Shown here piece by piece: positions 1-12,574 of a stretch of 64,000 bases of DNA (position 1 is the stretch's first letter; the number at the start of each line of letters is the position of its first letter). The notes under the pieces are model-generated. The model was not told the DNA's origin and did not search any database. It saw nothing but the letters and a program-made list of their open reading frames with translations. A program made the position numbers and the translations under genes. The DNA comes from Octopus vulgaris (Eukaryota), in the NCBI GenBank assembly GCA_951406725.2, contig OX597833.1, forward strand, positions 58,342,001 through 58,406,000. The letters are read 5' to 3'.

Positions 1-401
1 AACTCACAAGGCTTTGGTCAGCCCTAGACTATTGCCCAAGGTGCCACACAATGGGACTGAACCCAGAACCGTGTGGTCGGGAAGCAAGCTTCCTACCATA
101 CAGCCACTCCTGCACCTATATTTATTTATTTTTTTGTTTTTACTTGTTTCAGTCATTAGGCTCCAGCTGGGCACAACCCTGATGAATGAATCACCTCCTG
201 TACTATTTTTTCTTAAAGCATGGTATCTTTTCTATCAAATTCTTTTGATGAACTGCTAGGTTATAGAGTGGCAAACACCAACACCATTTGGCAAGCAGTG
301 GAGGAGGGCAAGCACTGACACAAAGACATACACACATGTGCATGCGTGTGCATATACACACACAACAGGCTTTTTTCAGTTTCTGTCTGCTAAGTCCACA
401 T

Positions 402-720
402 GCACAGGAGTGGCTGTGTGGTAAGTAGCTTGCTTACCAGCCACATGGTTCCGGGTTCAGTCCCACTGCATGGCACCTTGGGCAAGTGCCTTCTACTATA
501 GCCTCGAGCCGATCAAAGCCTTGTGAGTGGATTTGGTAGACGGAAACTGAAAGAAGCTCATCGTATATATATGTATATATATATATATATGCATGTACGT
601 GTGTGTATATGTTTGTGTGTCTGTGCTTGTCCCCTCAACATCGCTTGACAACCGATGCTGGTGTGTTTACGTACCTGTACTTTAGCGGTTCGGCAAAAAG
701 AGACCGATAGAATAAGTACT
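402..720 (+). mobile_element. SINE family A (tRNA head + CORE-like domain + internal microsatellite), 3'-truncated
   Basis: A-box-like TGGCTGTGTGGTAAG, B-box-like GGTTCAGTCCC, CORE-like ACCTTGGGCAAGTG; same sequence recurs >20 times in the window. Confidence 0.85.
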
Positions 721-734
721 CTCTCTTCCAGTTT

Positions 735-1109
735 CTTACCAACCACATAGTTCCGGGTTCAGTCCCACTGCGTGGTGCCTTAGGCAAGTGTCTTCTACTA
801 TATCCTCGGGCCGACCAAAGCTTTGTGAGTGGATTTGGTAGACGGAAACTGAAAGAAGCCCATCGTATATATGTACATAAATGTATGTGTGTGTATATGT
901 TTGTGTGTCTGTGTTTGTCCCCACAACATTGCTTGACAACCAATGCTGGTGTGTTTACGTACCTGTACCTTAGCGGTTCGGCAAAAGAGACCGATAGAAT
1001 AAGTACTAGGCTTACAAAGAATAAGTCCTGGGGTCGATTTGCTCGACTAAAGGTGGTGCTCCAGCATGACCGCAGTCAAATGACTGAAACAAGTAAAAGA
1101 GTAAAAGAG

Positions 1110-1110
<1 letters not shown>
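735..1110 (+). mobile_element. SINE family A, 5'-truncated, with (GTAAAAGA)n tail
   Basis: Matches family consensus through the 3' hairpin CAGTCAAATGACTG and the repeat tail. Confidence 0.85.
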
Positions 1111-1141
<31 letters not shown>

Positions 1142-1146
1142 CGTGT

Positions 1147-1489
1147 GAAGGCGCATGGCTCAGTGGTTAGAGCATCGAGCTTATGATTGTGAGGTTGCGA
1201 GTCGAGTCTGATTCCCGGACCGGGTTGCATGTTGTGTTCTTGAGCAAGACACATTATTTCATGTTGCTCCAGTTCACTCAGCTGTAGAAATGAGTTGCGA
1301 CATCACTGGTGCCAAGCTGTATCGGGGCCCCTTTGCCTTTCCCTTGGATAACACTGGTGACGTGGAGAGGGGAGGCTGGTATGCATGGGTGACTGCTGGT
1401 CTTCCATAAACAACCTACTCTAGACTTGTGCCTAGGAGGGTAACTTTCTAGGTGTGCAATCCCATGATCATTCATGACCGAAGGGGGTC
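1147..1489 (+). mobile_element. SINE family D (tRNA head, CORE-like TTCTTGAGCAAGACAC domain)
   Basis: TGGCTCAGTGGTTAGAGC A box; second copy at 46354-46651; both follow (GT)n. Confidence 0.8.
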
Positions 1490-1903
1490 ACCCCTATATG
1501 TGTGTGTGTGTGTGTGCGTGTGTGTGTGTGTATGCGTGTGTGTGCGTGTGTGTGTGTGGAGAGAGAGAGAGAGAGAGAGAAAGAGTAAGAGAAGAGAGAG
1601 AGCAGCAGTTCTCATCTGTGGCTCCAAAGGCCTCATGTGGTCCTTAAATGCCCTTTCAGTAGCCTTTGAGAGTCTTACCTCTACAAATATAAATAGAGGG
1701 ACGAAATTTAGATAAGTAGAGTGTTAAAGAGAGGGGGAAGGGATACTAAAAGAGGGAGTGAGGTTAAGTTAGCTACTTGGACATAAATTTTGCTTTAATT
1801 CACTCGTCTTACTTTTGTTGGTGCAGGCCATCTTTAAAAATCCAGGTTTTGGATCTGAGCTGGCTATAAAAAAAAACGGTTAAGAACCACTGATATATAG
1901 AGA

Positions 1904-1905
<2 letters not shown>

Positions 1906-1993
<88 letters not shown>

Positions 1994-2292
1994 CAGACAG
2001 AGAGAGGGAGAGACAGACTGACAGACAGAGACAGACAGACAGACAGAAAGATGGACAGACAGACAGATAGACCAAGAGACAGAAAGATATACAGACAGAA
2101 AGTCAGAAAGACAAACAGACCGACATACATACATATAAACATACATACATATATACATACATACATACATAAATACAGACAGACAGACAGACAGACAGAC
2201 AGATAGGAAGACAGACAAGCAGAAAGTCAGACAGACTGAAAGAAAGACAGAAAGGCAAACAGACAGACAGATGGACTGACAGATAGATAGAA
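1906..2292. repeat. (GA)n/(GACA)n/(CATA)n compound microsatellite
   Basis: Direct reading. Confidence 0.95.
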
Positions 2293-2898
2293 TCATGTGA
2301 AGCTGAGACGGGGTATTAACAGCAAAGTGTTCCTATGTCTGAGTTGACTGCGCAGTCCCCTATTAATAGCGTGACATTATACTTTTGATCCTTAAGTATA
2401 AGGCAGAATACCAATGTGTGTCTGTGTGTGTGTGTATGTGCATACATACATGCATACATAATGCATACATACATACATACATACATGCACACATATATAC
2501 GTACATATATATACATACGTACATACATTTAGTTTCTGAAAAAAAAATTTGTGATTTGTAGTGTGGAAGATGTTTTGACGAGCAAGAAGTAGGGCACAAA
2601 TTTGTGGGTGTCGGCATCGAGGTTGTGAGAGGGCCAAGTTGTGAAAAGGAGAGGTTGCGATGTTTATGCTTCCCCCCCATTCTCCCATCCTACCCCGAAA
2701 AGCAGAAGGGTTATGTGAAATGCAAAAAAAAAAAAAAAAACCCCAAAAAACCCCCCAAAAAACTTCAAACGAGAATCGACTTCTGGGGGAAAAAATTATT
2801 CGGGGTAGTTGAAGAAAGGTGGGTGTGGAGGTGGTGCTACCGGTTCATTATCAATAATATCGAAATATGCACAGAATTTTACTTGGTATTAAATTTTA

Positions 2899-3314
2899 GG
2901 CGATCTTTCGTCTCTAGTAGACCTTTCCGTCGATTTCCGTAAAAAAAAATTTTTTTTTTTACATATGGGCTTGCGGGAACTTTTGAAGTAATATACATAC
3001 ATATACACATACACCGAGTAAAAAATTTCAGTTATCTCTTTCTTTCACACATTACTCTCTCTGTCTCTTCACACATACTAACAGAAGCACTTCACTTACA
3101 CAACATACTGTCTGTCTCCCACACCCCATCAAACACACACACACACACACACACACATGTACATCAATGTTTCCCATGCACGGTAACTTCAAAAGAACTT
3201 CCCTCGTCATAAAATGGCTTTCTCTTAGTCTCTTTCGCTCTCATTACTTCAAAAGTTCCCGCAAGCCCATATGTAAAAAAATAATTTTTTTACGGAAATC
3301 GACGAAAGATTGCC
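2899..3314. mobile_element. MITE family F, Merlin-like (GGCRA termini, ~90 bp TIRs)
   Basis: TIR GGCGATCTTTCGTC.../...GACGAAAGATTGCC; 8-bp TSD AAATTTTA on both sides; right TIR has a ~20 bp internal deletion. Confidence 0.85.
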
Positions 3315-3838
3315 AAATTTTAACACATACACGCCTGTCTTGTTTTCCTGAAGAAGTAGGTTCGTGCACTAAGGGCTGCCCTTCGACTTTTTCTATCCGA
3401 AATGTTTTTAACCCAGTGTTTTTACTCATTATTTATGGCATCAAATTCCGCCGAGGTCGACTTTGCCTTTCATCCTTTCGGGGTCGATAAATAAAGTACC
3501 AGTTTCGCACTGGAGTCGATGTAACCGCCTTAATCCCTTTGTCTGTCCTTGTTTGTCCCCTCTATGTTTAGCCCCTTGTGGGTAGTAAAGAAATATATTA
3601 TTTATGGCTTTTGAAGGCGGCGAACAGATATTGAATCGTTTGCTCATTTTCCACTCACGTAGATTCTGCCTTTCGCCCTTTTAGGGGTCGATGAAACAAG
3701 TACCAGTTGATCACCAGAGTCGATATAAACGCCTAGTCCCCAAGCCCCCCCCCCAAATTTCAGACCTTGTGCCTATGACAGGAAGGATTATACTTATAGC
3801 TCTATTTGCTTCGAGAGAAACCCTTCGGAACCGTAAAT

Positions 3839-3870
<32 letters not shown>

Positions 3871-3874
<4 letters not shown>

Positions 3875-4090
3875 TTCTTTACTACCCACAAGGGGCTAAA
3901 CACAGAGGGGACAAACAAGGACAGACAAATGGATTAAGTCGACTACATCGACCCCAGTGCGTAACTGGTACTTAATTTATCGACCCCGAAAGGATGAAAG
4001 GCAAAGTCGACTTCGGCGGAATTTGAACTCGAAACGTAACGACAGACGAAATACGGCTACGAATTTCGCCCGGCATGCTAACGTTTCTAC
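3871..4090 (-). mobile_element. SINE family B (tRNA head, Meta-like central domain GCCTTTCATCCTTTCGGGGTCGATAAA)
   Basis: B box GAGTTCAAATTCC; tail ...GTGGGTAGTAAAGAAATA; many copies in window; a partial + copy lies at 3439-3595. Confidence 0.85.
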
Positions 4091-4514
4091 CGAGTTCCAG
4101 GGATTCGTTCGAAAATGTTCAGAAATTTATAGTCATTGACTCCACGTTAGTTTTGCTCTAAGAAAAAAGAAAAATGAAGCAAAGAGGGAGAAAAAAAGAA
4201 GAAAATTATAGGAGTAGGGAATAAAAAATTTGTGATATTTATTCATAATTTTCTTCGAAGGTAATTTAGTAGTGATGAAGAAGTTTAAAAAAAAAATATT
4301 TTCATATCGACTTTGAAAAATATAAAAAAAATAACTTAAAAACGAAAGTTAATTGTTTCGTTTTTCGGTTGAGCAGTTTGCGTAACAGGAAAAATCAAAA
4401 CGAGACGAAACGTAAGAGTGAAAAATGTAGAAAGAGTAAACAATATAATGAGTAAAGAGAAGATGGTAGTAGTAGTAGTAGGAGGAGGAGGAGGAGACGG
4501 CCAAAGGAGAAAAA

Positions 4515-4696
4515 TGACGTCACCTAGGTACAATTGGGCGGGGAGGTTAGAGGTGAGGATGATAAATATATATGTATATGTATGTATATATATGTGTGTG
4601 TGTGTGTATGTTTGTGTGTGTGTGTGCGAGTGTGTATGCGTGTCGTAATGTTAGCTATTATGCGAGAGTGGGTGCGAGGCCTTAAAACCAACCAAT
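4515..4696. promoter_or_regulatory. Candidate Pol II promoter motifs: CRE, GC box, CCAAT
   Basis: TGACGTCA 4515-4522, GGGCGGGG 4536-4543, AACCAATCAG around 4692, in non-TE sequence. Confidence 0.3.
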
Positions 4697-5159
4697 CAGC
4701 AACGAGTACTGTTTTCTTTTTTTGTCTTACATGTTTGTTATTTGAAAGCCAACCATCAGCTGATCACTCTCCTCCTCCCTCTACTCCTTTCTCATTTTTA
4801 TGCTTTCTTTGTTCTCTCTCTCGCTCTCTTTCTCTTTTTCTCACTCACTCTATCCCCCTCTCTCGCTCAAAGTGATAGCAGCAGTCGAGGTTATATTTAA
4901 AGGGATGGAAGGGGAGGAAAATAAACTTAACGAAGAGAGTGAAAGATAGATATATAAAGCAATTGTAGTAGTTATGAAAAGGCAGAAAGAAAGAGAGTGA
5001 GAGAAAGGGAGGTAGAGATAAAAAGAAAATAAGTATAGGAGATAGAAATAGACACAAAAGAAGGAAAATGCGAGAGAGAGAGAGAGAGGAGCTGGATAAA
5101 TTAGAAGAGCCAAAAGAAATGAGAGGGTAGGAGGATAAAGAGATAGAGTCATAATTTAG

Positions 5160-5489
5160 ATAGGGAGAAGGCTTGGGAGAGAAAGGGAGGTTGAGTATTC
5201 AGATAGGTAGAGAGCTAGAAAGAGAGGAGAGAGAGAGAGTTTAAATAAGGAGGGAGCTAGGGAGAGAAAGGGAGGTTGAGCAATTCAGATAGGTAGAGAG
5301 CTAGAAAGAGAGGAGAGAGAGAGAGAATTTGAATAAGGAAAGAGCTAGGAAGAGAGAGTGGGAGGTTGAGCAATTGAGATAGGTAGAGAGCTAGAAAGAG
5401 AGGAGAGAGAGAGAAGGGAATCGACAGTTTAGATAGGTAGAGAGTTGAAGTGAGAGAAAGGTGGAGGTAACAAGTTAGATAGGTAGAAC

Positions 5490-5531
<42 letters not shown>

Positions 5532-5562
5532 TATAGAGATATTTTAGATAGAGAAAAAACAC

Positions 5563-5593
<31 letters not shown>

Positions 5594-5640
5594 CGAAGGA
5601 AAATTTAGATAGGTAGAGTATAAGAGAGAGGGGTAGAGAT
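5160..5640. repeat. GA-rich minisatellite (~80 bp unit with AGATAGGTAGAGAG core) grading into (GA)n
   Basis: GGGAGGTTGAG...AGATAGGTAGAGAGCTAGAAAGAGAGG repeated three times, then degenerate. Confidence 0.8.
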
Positions 5641-5898
5641 ACTCGAAGAATGAGTGAGTGGAAGTTAGCTGCTTAAGTTTGAAGATCCAACTAAACACAG
5701 CGCACTGCTACTACACTAATTTAGCAGCTCTGCTACTGCTCCACCTCCAAGCAGTGCACTATTATTATTATTATTATATATAAATATCCATTTATATATA
5801 TTGCACCCGGTTTTATAACAAAGTTTTCATGGAGCTATCTTTACGGATATATACCGTTTTTGCTAAAAGTGCAGCTTCTTCACGTCTGAACTCTTTTC

Positions 5899-5935
5899 AT
5901 GACTAAATTCACAACGGAATACAGCCCATATCTCG
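5899..5935 (+). CDS. Possible short first coding exon (MTKFTTEYSPYL, phase-1 donor)
   Basis: ATG in unique sequence followed by CG|GTAGGT donor; no homology recognised. Confidence 0.15.
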
Positions 5936-6292
5936 GTAGGTCCTTCTTTCTTGTCGATCTTTTTTAATTCCGTGACTGTTTTCCCTTTTGATTTTGTTTG
6001 ATTATAAAATAAGAATTTCGTTCATTTGCCATCAGAGCGATGATAGCTGAATGTGGTTGTGGAGTCAGATGGTGGTTAGAACAGCAGCTATTAATAAAAA
6101 TTTCTCTTTTAAATAATAATAAGCAATAATGAATCTCTGAACGAGAGATGGCAAGTATACCTCACAATAATAATAGTAATAATAATCTTTTATAGACTCA
6201 AGGCCACATTATATATTCGACGGGTCGGGGAAGAAAGAGGTTTAGAGCTGATTAGAGCGATAAGGACTCGCTTATTAAAACGAAGCTAGATG

Positions 6293-7005
6293 TTAATTTT
6301 ATCAACTGCTGAATAATAAATAAAGCAAAGACGGAGTCGACCCCTTGTCAGGTTTGAACTCGGAACGTAAAGGGACGTAACTAAATAACCGCAAAGACGA
6401 TTTTTTTTTGTTTTTGTCCGGCGCTCTACCGACTCTGCCATCCTTAACAAATGACTTATTTCTTAGCCGCTCTCTTAATTTTATCAACTGCTGAATAATA
6501 AATAAAGCAAAGACGGAGTCGACCCCTTGTCAGATTCGAACTCGGATCGTAAAGGGACGTAACTAAATAACCGCAAAGACGATTTTTTTTTTGTTTTTGT
6601 CCGGCGCTCTACCGACTCTGCCATCCTTAACAAATGACTTATTTCTTAGCCGCTCCCTTAATTTTATCAACTGCTGAATAATAAATAAAGCAAAGACGGA
6701 GTCGACCCCTTGTCAGATTCGAACTCGGATCGTAAAGGGACGTAACTAAATAACCGCAAAGACGATTTTTTTTTTGTTTTTGTCCGGCGCTCTACCGACT
6801 CTGCCATCCTTAACAAATGACTTCTTTCTTAGCCGCTCCCTTAATTTTATCAACTGCTGAATAATAAATAAAGCAAAGACGGAGTCGACCCCTCGTCAGG
6901 TTTGAACTCGGAACGTAAAGGGACGTAACTAAATACCGCTTTTTGCTTTTGTCCGGCGCTCTACCGACTCTGCCATCCTTAACAAATGACTTCTTTCTTA
7001 GCCGC
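6293..7005 (-). repeat. Tandem repeat, ~3.9 x 182-183 bp, built from an old SINE-B-type tRNA head
   Basis: Units start at 6293, 6475, 6658, 6841; minus strand reads TGGCAGAGTCGGTAGAGCG...GAGTTC(A/G)AA. Confidence 0.9.
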
Positions 7006-7231
7006 TACCCCCCTTTCTCACTAACTAGGGGCAAACAAAGACAATTATAATATAAAAATCATTTATTAACTCTCCTTGCAAAATCGTATTTGTTACGTTT
7101 TACTCTACGGGTAAAAACGTTTAAATATTGTCGAGTGGTGGTACATAAATGATTATTTTTAACTTGGCAAAATATCATATATATACACTAATTTACATTT
7201 ACATGTATAGAGGAATATTTAATACATGGCG

Positions 7232-7255
7232 ATGTTTTACTTGGTCTTGTGTGAA

Positions 7256-7299
<44 letters not shown>

Positions 7300-7378
7300 T
7301 TCACACAAGGCCAAGTAAAACATATATATATATATATATATATATAATAATAATATACATTCACACAAGGCCAAGTAA

Positions 7379-7411
<33 letters not shown>

Positions 7412-7493
7412 ATATACACACACATTCACACAAGGCCAAGTAAAACATATATATATATATATATAATATACATTCACACAAGGCCAAGTAAAA

Positions 7494-7496
<3 letters not shown>
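7232..7496. repeat. CATTCACACAAGGCCAAGTAAAACA motif: one inverted plus four direct copies separated by (TA)n
   Basis: Direct reading. Confidence 0.85.
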
Positions 7497-7543
<47 letters not shown>

Positions 7544-8312
7544 GTATATGCTTAAATGGAATGTGGAAATTATTGTAATCATTAAAATTGGCGTCAAGCA
7601 CTGACTGCATTTAAAAAACGATGAACTTGTTTATAACGAATCTGGAAATATTGCTGTTGTGATTATTATTGTTAAATCTGAAGGAGATGGCCTTTTGATT
7701 ATAAAGTTTCTTTCATAACTCGTTGTTGTTGGCTATATTTACTATAAATTATCTTTGGTAAATTCGGATCGCGATGCTTGATTACTCCCCTATTTACAAC
7801 AAGAACCATTTCTTGTGTTTTATTTTCATTGTGATTGCTCGTTGTGGAGGTAGAATGTGGCCTTTTTGTGTGTGTGTGTGTGTATATCGGGAGGGTTATT
7901 TTTTTTTACAAATATATATTATTAAATGGATCATCATGTCTACACATACATTGTATTATAATATATCAGTCACCAGTTCTCCCTAATTTAAGTGAATGTT
8001 TGTTTCCCTCATATTACCATACAAACAGTTTTTTTTATAATTATTTTTCCTTCCTATATTTTGATCTCTTTCTTTCCTTTCGTTTTGTCGTTTCATCTGA
8101 TTTTAATTTCTTCTACGAGGATATATATACGTACATATATACCCAAAATTTAAAATTACATCCATCCATATATATATGTATATATATAAACTTTGAGGAA
8201 CCTTGGAACGTTACTATTTATTCCAAACAAAACAGTCCTTTTTTAAAAAGATAAATTATAAAAATTAGAGCACTACTGTGTTTTCAATCTAACGTATTCT
8301 GAAAGCTGTTCA

Positions 8313-8351
<39 letters not shown>

Positions 8352-9288
8352 TTAATATGTATAGTACTAATCGAACACACCGATATATAGGTGTGTTCGA
8401 TTAGTGCTATACACGAAACTTTCGATCCTGGTATCACTGTAACTTCTACCGATTATACACACACACATATATACATAATATACACACGAATTTCACACGC
8501 TTCAGTATGTAGTATATAAAGATGATGTCTGCTGGAATAACAACTATGCTTATCATTTCCAACTTCTCTTTCATCGGTTCTTTTTATTTTGCTTAGCTTT
8601 TCACTAAAGTCCATGCTTCCTTATATACAAATAATGTCGTTTCTGAAGCACCACCGTTTTTTTCACCCCTTATTCGTCACCTCCTGCTTTTTTTCCCCCT
8701 ATTTCATTCCATCTTTCTCTTTTTAAAATACAAAAAAAAAGGAAACGTATATTTTTATCGGTGCAATATTCACACATCGCTTTTCTCCATAAATATATTT
8801 TCTATTGTTTTGGCCTTTTTTTTCCTACTCATTTCGCCATTTCTTCCTTCTTTGCGTTTTCTAAATCTCTCTGTTTTAGTAACCCCCACTTTTATTTCTC
8901 GCACATCTCATAGTATGGGCATGTATGGATATATATATAGGTTTATTGTACTTCTACTAAATTGATTTTGGTACTCATTTTGCCATTTATTTTTTCTACA
9001 TATAATACATGTCTTCTATGGAACTCAGACGTTTTTGTCGAAGCACTCTTTATGAACTAATAACATCCATCAAAATGTATTTTGATTTTCAATTCGAAAA
9101 ATATTCTTTTGTATGTGTGTATGTGTGTGTCTTTGTGTGTATATGTATGTGTACAATATCCTTTAATATATATATATATATGTCTGTCTTTGTTTGTCCC
9201 CTCTGTGCTTAGCTCCTTGTGGGTAGTAAAGAAATATATATATACATATATATACATATATATAATAATATATATATAATATAATAAT

Positions 9289-9337
<49 letters not shown>

Positions 9338-10074
9338 TTCTTTACTACCCACAAGGGGCTAAACACAGAGGGGACAAACAAGGACAGACAAACGGATTAA
9401 GTCGATTATATCGACCCCAGTGCGTAACTGGTACTTAATTTTATCGACCCCGAAAGAATGAAAGGCAAAGTCGATCTCGGTGGAATTTGAACTCAGAACG
9501 CAAATATCCTTTAATATATATATATATAAATCCATAAACATGTTTTAGCCCAAAGGCCACGGCCATGCTAGGGCACCACCTTAAAGGATATCGTATATAT
9601 ATATATAGCCCTTTATCTGTCCATAACCCCCTTCGTTTATCCATTTACGCTCTTCCTCTCCCTTAAACTCACATCTGTATTCCACCCCGTCGCTTCTCTG
9701 TCTCTATCTCTCCTCCTGCCCTTTCTCTATTCTAATGGAACTGCACGTGTTCGTGCCGTGAGCCTTCTCCTCCTGTCTCGCCCTCTCTTTCTCTCTCTCT
9801 CACTCTCACTGATCCTTCTCCCCTTTGGTTATTACCATTTCTTCCTCGTTTACTCTCTCTTTCTCTTCCTTCATTCCCCCCCCCTCACTCTCATGAGCAA
9901 AATTCTCGTAACACATGCTTCACTTGGAAGAATTCTTGCCAAAGAAAATCTCCTGCTTTTCCTTGACTTCTGCTTTCTCTGCCACGCAGTGACCCTCACC
10001 GACTACATTTGCATCTCACTGAATTTCAATAAACCCCTGGCTTTATCATTCACATGTATGTATACTCTTACACT

Positions 10075-10470
10075 TTTTTTACTCTTTTACTTGTTTCAGT
10101 CATTTGACTGCGGCCATGCTGGAACACCGCCTTTAGTCGAGCAAATCGACCCCGGGACTTATTCTTTGTAAGCCCAGTACTTATTCTATCGGTCTCTTTT
10201 GCCGAACCGCTATGTGACGGGGACGTAAATACACCAGCATCGGTTGTCAAGCAATGCTAGAGGGACAAACACAGACACACAAACATATATATATATATAC
10301 ATATATACGACAGGCTTCTTTCAGTTTCCGTCTACCAAATCCACTCACAAGGCTTTGGTCGGCCCGAGGCTATAGCAGAAGGCACTTGCCCAAGATGCCA
10401 CGCAGTGGGACTGAACCCAGAACCATGTGGTTGGTTAGCAAGCTACTTACCACACAGCCACTCCTGCGCC
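10075..10470 (-). mobile_element. SINE family A, full length
   Basis: Complete consensus from head to tail. Confidence 0.9.
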
Positions 10471-10654
10471 TATGTATATTAAAGTTTGTGGTGAGTTTTG
10501 CTGGCGAATGCAGACGTTTCGGGGGTCGGCCCTTCCCCTGTGAAACAGAGACGCAAAATAATACATTGATACGGGCTCACCTGCGGTTTCTCGGTCTGCC
10601 AGAAATAGTGGTGAAATTTCCCTCAATATATCTTTTATTTTACTTTTAAGAATT

Positions 10655-10980
10655 CTTTTCTACTATAGGGACAAGGTCCGAAATTTTGTGGGAAGGGGCC
10701 AGTCGATTAGATCGACCTCAGTACCTAATTTATCGACCCCGAAAGGATGAAAAGCAAAGTCGACCTCGGCGGAATTTGAACTCAGAACGTAAAGACTGAC
10801 GAAATACCTATTTCTTTATTACTCACAAGGGGCTAAACACAGAGGAGACAAACAAAGACAGACAAACGGATTAAGTCGATTATATCGACCCCAGTACGTA
10901 GCTGGTACTTATTTAATCGACCCCGAAAGGATGAAAGGCAAAGTCGACCTCGGCGGAATTTGAACTCAGAACGTAACGGT
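10655..10980 (-). mobile_element. SINE family B dimer (two different 3' tails)
   Basis: Junction GACGAAATACC|TATTTCTTT at ~10808. Confidence 0.8.
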
Positions 10981-11399
10981 CGCCTTCCAGCAACAACACC
11001 AAGGATCATTATAAGCCTTTCTTTCTCTGTCATCTATATTTGTGTATATGTTTGTAGACGTACGTATATAATATGATAGTAATGTAGAAATTCGCTTTGC
11101 AGTGCATGGTTCGATCTCACGTCGTGCGCAAGCAAGTGCCCTTTACCATAACCCTTCGGGCCAAGCCAACCCTTGCGAGTGAAATCGGGTAGACGGAGAC
11201 TGTGTGAAAAGCTCGACAGGTAGATTGGAGGTGTAATTCACTGATCCAGTCCTGTCACGATATTGTGTCAAACGTAATCGGCCTGAGAATCACATTAAGG
11301 GTACACGCGTCTGTGGAAAAATCGGCGGAGGACCCCCTAAGATAATATAAGTGTTTGACTCGCCGCAAATTGCGTGAGGACTGAATGCAAAACATATTT

Positions 11400-11825
11400 A
11401 GGCGCAGGAGTGGCTGTGTGGTAAGTAGCTTGCTTACGAACCACATGGTTCCGGGTTCAGTCCCATTGCGTGGCACCTTGGGCAAGTGCCTTCTACTATA
11501 GTCTCGGGCCGACCAAAGCCTTGTGAGTGGATTTGGTAGACGGAAACTGAAAGAAGCCCGTCGTATATATGTATATATATATATTTGCCTTTGTATGTAT
11601 ATGTTTGTGTGTGTCTGTGTTTGTCCCCCCACCCAACATCGCTTGACAACCGATGCTGGTGTGTTTACGTCCCCGTAACTTAGCGGTTCGGCAAAAAGTG
11701 ACCGATAGAATAAGTAAGTACTGGGCTTACAAAGAATAAGTCCCGGGGTCGAGTTGCTCGACTAAAGGCGGTGCTCCAGCATGGCCACGGTCAAATGACT
11801 GAAACGAGTAAAAGAGTAAAAGAAA
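11400..11825 (+). mobile_element. SINE family A, full length
   Basis: Complete consensus. Confidence 0.9.
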
Positions 11826-12144
11826 AAGGTGCTTGGGTGCATTTATAGCAGATTTACCAAGAATTCGGAAACCAGGTCTTGAGTTTCAGGACGGCTACTG
11901 CCCTTCCCTTCAACCAATCTCGGTGGCCCTGAATAATAAAGAGCTTCAGGTATTGTAGTTTCCTTCCTCGCTATGCAGGGAACCCCGGTGCTTCGTACGA
12001 TGCTTTATTTGTTTATTTATTTATTTATATCAAACTCGGAAAGGGGAAAAGGAAGAATTAATTCGGGCGGAATTTGAACTGAGAACGTCAAGGCCACATG
12101 AACAAACATCACTGTTGTACTTTGTCCGATGCTCTTAGGGACTC

Positions 12145-12574
12145 GGATCTTTTCGGTTTGAACGGCAGTTTTTTCTAGCGGTGTCATATATGAAATTGTC
12201 ACCCATAATTATGACCCTAGTATCGATCTATTGCATTTCAATCTGTTTTAGGGTTTTAAGGTTGGTTAGGGGTGGGTGGAAGGGTATCTTTTTTTTCTTC
12301 ACAAATGTAAATAAACCCTATCTGTTTCTTAAACGAGGGACATATTCATACGGCACAGAATGTTTTTTTTTACCTCAATAGACGTCAGTGATTAGTTGAA
12401 ATTGCAGAAATTGAAGAAAAAAACAACAAATATCTTACAAGCTATAGAATTTTCTCAATAAAGCCAAGAGAAAAAGATGTTTTATAAACACATTCTACCA
12501 GTATACGAAGTTTTAAAAGTGTTTAGTTACCTAGAAATTATTTTTAAAAACTGCCGGTCAAACCGAAAAGATCC
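12145..12574 (+). mobile_element. MITE family E (GGATC TIRs, ~420 bp)
   Basis: TIR GGATCTTTTCGGTTTGAACGGCAGTTTTT and its inverse at the right end. Confidence 0.9.

Noticed and set aside
7232-7496. CRISPR-like pattern of ~25 bp repeats with spacers
   Set aside because: Spacers are (TA)/(CA) microsatellite, no cas genes, eukaryotic context.
10254-10649. Recurrent ORF motifs '[28 protein letters not shown]' and 'IDPERMKGKVDLGGI'
   Set aside because: Antisense translations of SINE A and SINE B, not a protein family.
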